Assembly (NCBI GenBank): GCA_030390025.1 | Contig: CM059431.1 | Span: 123,506,001 to 123,570,000 of the forward strand | Source of the DNA: Squalus acanthias | Lineage: Eukaryota | Direction of reading: 5' to 3' | Length of the DNA stretch: 64,000 bases | In this document: piece by piece, positions 61,132 through 64,000 of the stretch | How positions within the stretch are numbered: the first letter of the stretch is position 1 | How the letters are laid out: each line of letters begins with the position of its first letter | Made by a program: the position numbers and the translations under genes | The notes under the pieces: generated by a model | What the model was told of the DNA's origin: nothing | Database searches by the model: none | The model's input: only the letters and a program-made list of their open reading frames with translations

Positions 61132-62657
61132 TCATTCACTATGCACCGCAACAGCAGTACATCAGCTGGTATTCCCTCCTGACCCTGTTTTTCTGATTCC
61201 TCTGACGTGCATGCATCTGAGCTGGTGCCTGTGTGGTCAGGAGTGCTTGATGCGTGTTTGAATGACGTGCCAGCTTTCTGCTTGTCCCCAGTGGCAGCCA
61301 CATCATCCTAGGAGGCCCCTACATGAAGAGAAAAGCAACAGGTGTTAGCATGGAGTGTACTGCAAATGATTCTGCAGACAGTACCAAAGGCAAAACACTG
61401 AGTGCAATGCTGCTGTTGGGCAGACGTGCCTGCATGCTACTGAGTGACAGAGTTTAAAGGGGAGACAAGAAGAAGTTGAAGAGATTATTCGCCTCGTTGG
61501 GATGGGACAATGACACCAAGCTTTCCCTGGCCTCTGGAGACAGCTTCAGTTGTGCTTGTCGTAGATGCTCAAACCATTCTTAAACTCCCTCATCCAGCAA
61601 GATTTGCAAAACACAGACCACAGTTACTGTAACCCCTTTAAACTTTATCTGACTTATATTATACAATATCTAAAAACTGAAACTTTTAATGCAGGGTATA
61701 AAGTCTGAACAGTGAGTCTAACTGTATACAATACTGCAGCTTATCCCCAATTCAGAGCAAACTCCTTCCATAATCACTTCCTGTATTCCTGCACTTCCCT
61801 ACATTTCAGATGGCACAATTTGCCTATTCCAACAACATGCTTTATACACACCAATCACAACACACAAGTACTAATTATATAAAAGGTAGTCTCCCCAGAC
61901 CAGTTCTGACCCATCGCTTTGGTGCCAAATTCTGAAATAGACCAAAACTCCCTCCCTTAAATGTCTCACACCTTTGCCTTTTACCCAATATATAACGAAA
62001 GGTTTGGTGCATGGGGAATAAAGAGTATGGATTGTTTGGGCTTTAGCAAAGAAAAGATTGGCTCACTTGCCTGCGCTCTCCTTCTGTTCACAGTGGCATC
62101 CTATGCAAATGAGCTATTGAGGAGACATTCATCAGAATTCATCAGCTATTAACTGTTGCCCAACTTTGATAATAATATGAAGGGTCAGTAGCCTACCTTT
62201 AATTCACAGACTCTTATTAAATCAATCTGGCAAGAGTACACTCTTAACCATCTGTGAGATATAACTGTTGTGACAGTTGCTCCTTCACACAGCTATATAC
62301 CCCGCAAAGTAAATTTACTATATAACAAGTGCATAAAACATTTATAAATTCACCTTTAAAATTGGTTCCAGCCTTTCCTCCCCTCCATTCACAAGTATTA
62401 CAGTGTACATTGCTGGGTCTCTGGCAATTCAGGGCCTCTTGATACACTGCCCCACTCCCCCCACCTCCCCCCTCCACAACGACCCCCCCAGCCTCACCAA
62501 CAAGCATCTCGGCAAAACTTGTATTACATTTTCTGTTAGCAAACCCAGGACGACAATATCCAGGAGCATGATAGCATCCTTTAGCTGAATTGAACCCAGA
62601 TAAAGGGAGGGGGTGGTGGGGGTACTGTTAGAGAGAGATAGAGAAAGATCCTCTTAT

Positions 62658-62763
62658 GGGAACGGGAACATGGTGGTTATGTTACTGGACTAGTAATCCA
62701 GAGGCCTGGACTAATGATCCAGAGACGTGAGTTAAAATCCCACCACGGCAGCTGGGGAATTTA
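62658..62763 (+). mobile_element. tRNA-derived head of the family A LINE/SINE, cut by a Harbinger insertion
   Basis: Matches 22805-22911; interrupted at ggggaatTTA. Confidence 0.85.
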
Positions 62764-64000
62764 GGCCGCGATTTTATCAATGGAGGCGGGTTGGGTGCGG
62801 GTTTGAGGTTCGGCGGGTTCCGGTCCCGCCTCCGCTTTCAGCCATTCAGAAAAAGTGATTTTGCCTTAAGTGGCCTACTTAATGTGTCCGTGCGCGCTAC
62901 CCGGCCCAATTAGTGGGTTCGGGTCTGCTGCTCGCCTCTGCTGATGTCTGTCAGCCAGCTGTATTTAAGGGGCCCATGCAGCCTTGTTTCAAATCCTTCC
63001 TTTCCTGCTGCTTCTAATTTTGCAATTGTTGCCATGACTGCTGCAAGAGCCAAGGCCTCTCCCCGCTTTGATGATGACTCCCTCCATGCTCTTGTGGATG
63101 GAGTGAGAGGGCGCCAGGAGGTACTCTTCCCCTCATCCGGACGGAGGAAGCCTCCTCAGTAAAGCAAAGCAGCCTGGCTGCAAATTGCTCAGGAGGTGAG
63201 CTCCAGGTCTTTGTGTGGTTGCACCTGGGTTCAGTGCAGGAAAAGGTTCAATGACCTGCTACGCACAGCAAAAGTGAGTATAACATCACACTTACCTTCA
63301 ATTTGCTCCCTATCTCCTCTTATCACCAGCACTCTGCATTGTCAACCTACTCCTGCACATCCCACTTTACCCTTACATCTCTTGCACCCTTAACCATCCC
63401 TCTCTCTCTATGTACAGAATCACTTCACTATTCTACTATGCACCCCTCACACTCGCTATCACTGTTATGCAATGACAACAACTAACAACGCACAGGGAGG
63501 GCCCTTGGTATTGGCACCTCACTCCATCTTTGTCTCCCTCTAAGCATCTATGCTATGGATTCTCTACACTCACTCCAACATTCTCACTCCAACTCCACTT
63601 GTGTCCCTCATTGCAGGAAAAGAGATCCCACAATAAGAGGGAGAGCGCCAGGACAGGAGGAGGACCACCTTCCATTGGCCAGCTGACCACCACTGAGGAG
63701 GCTGATCTGGACATCATCGGAGGTGCTGAGGATCTGGAAGTGGGGGACGGTCAGACGGGCACAGTAGAACAAGCTGGTGACAGAATTGATTTGCAACCCT
63801 CTCATTTACATCGCATGAGTGACTGATATGGCATCTGATACTCATACAGATTGAGTTATGATCATCTGCACAATTCGATGTGCATGATACATTAATATCA
63901 CATGTCTAACTCATGCCTTTACTCCCCCACAGGACCATCGAGAGCCCCACTCCCCACTGTCCAGGAGGAAGAGCCGGAAGACTCCTCAGAGGAAGATGCA
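62764..64000 (+). mobile_element. PIF/Harbinger transposon left portion (continues beyond the window)
   Basis: Begins GGCCGCGATTTT immediately after a TTA target and carries a spliced Myb/SANT gene. Confidence 0.8.
63034..64000 (+). pseudogene. Harbinger Myb/SANT-like DNA-binding protein gene (NAIF1/MSANTD-like); exons 63034-63273, 63617-63776, 63933->64000; in-frame stop at 63160
   Basis: PRFDDDSLHALVDGV...LF...AW.QIAQEV...TWVQCRKRFNDL | EKRSHNKRESARTGGGPP | acidic region. GT-AG introns have consistent phases (0 and 1). Confidence 0.85.

Overview
A eukaryotic window made almost entirely of transposable elements. The repeat set (CR1 LINEs with an esterase ORF1, Deu-type tRNA SINEs, L2, Penelope-like elements, Harbinger elements) suggests a cartilaginous fish genome; this is inference. 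I could not establish any host protein-coding gene. Contents: (i) two CR1-group LINE families, here A and B, nested in each other and in SINEs; (ii) two Penelope-like element (PLE) families with GIY-YIG/RT ORFs and hammerhead ribozyme motifs, including an 899-bp inverted duplication and short hairpin mini-elements; (iii) a complete but frameshifted CsRN1-type Gypsy LTR retrotransposon with a tRNA-Trp PBS; (iv) an internally deleted LTR element retaining only a foamy-virus/F-like env ORF, plus probable solo LTRs; (v) an L2 LINE; (vi) many PIF/Harbinger elements, including a spliced Myb/SANT gene and a decayed transposase. The most notable observations are three. Family A is an ORF1-less APE-RT LINE whose 5' end is a tRNA-derived Pol III head, and a short SINE shares both that head and the LINE's 3' tail. 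The env-only provirus remnant resembles foamy virus Env. The palindromic PLE minis carry ribozyme motifs. All alignments were done by eye and no searches were run.
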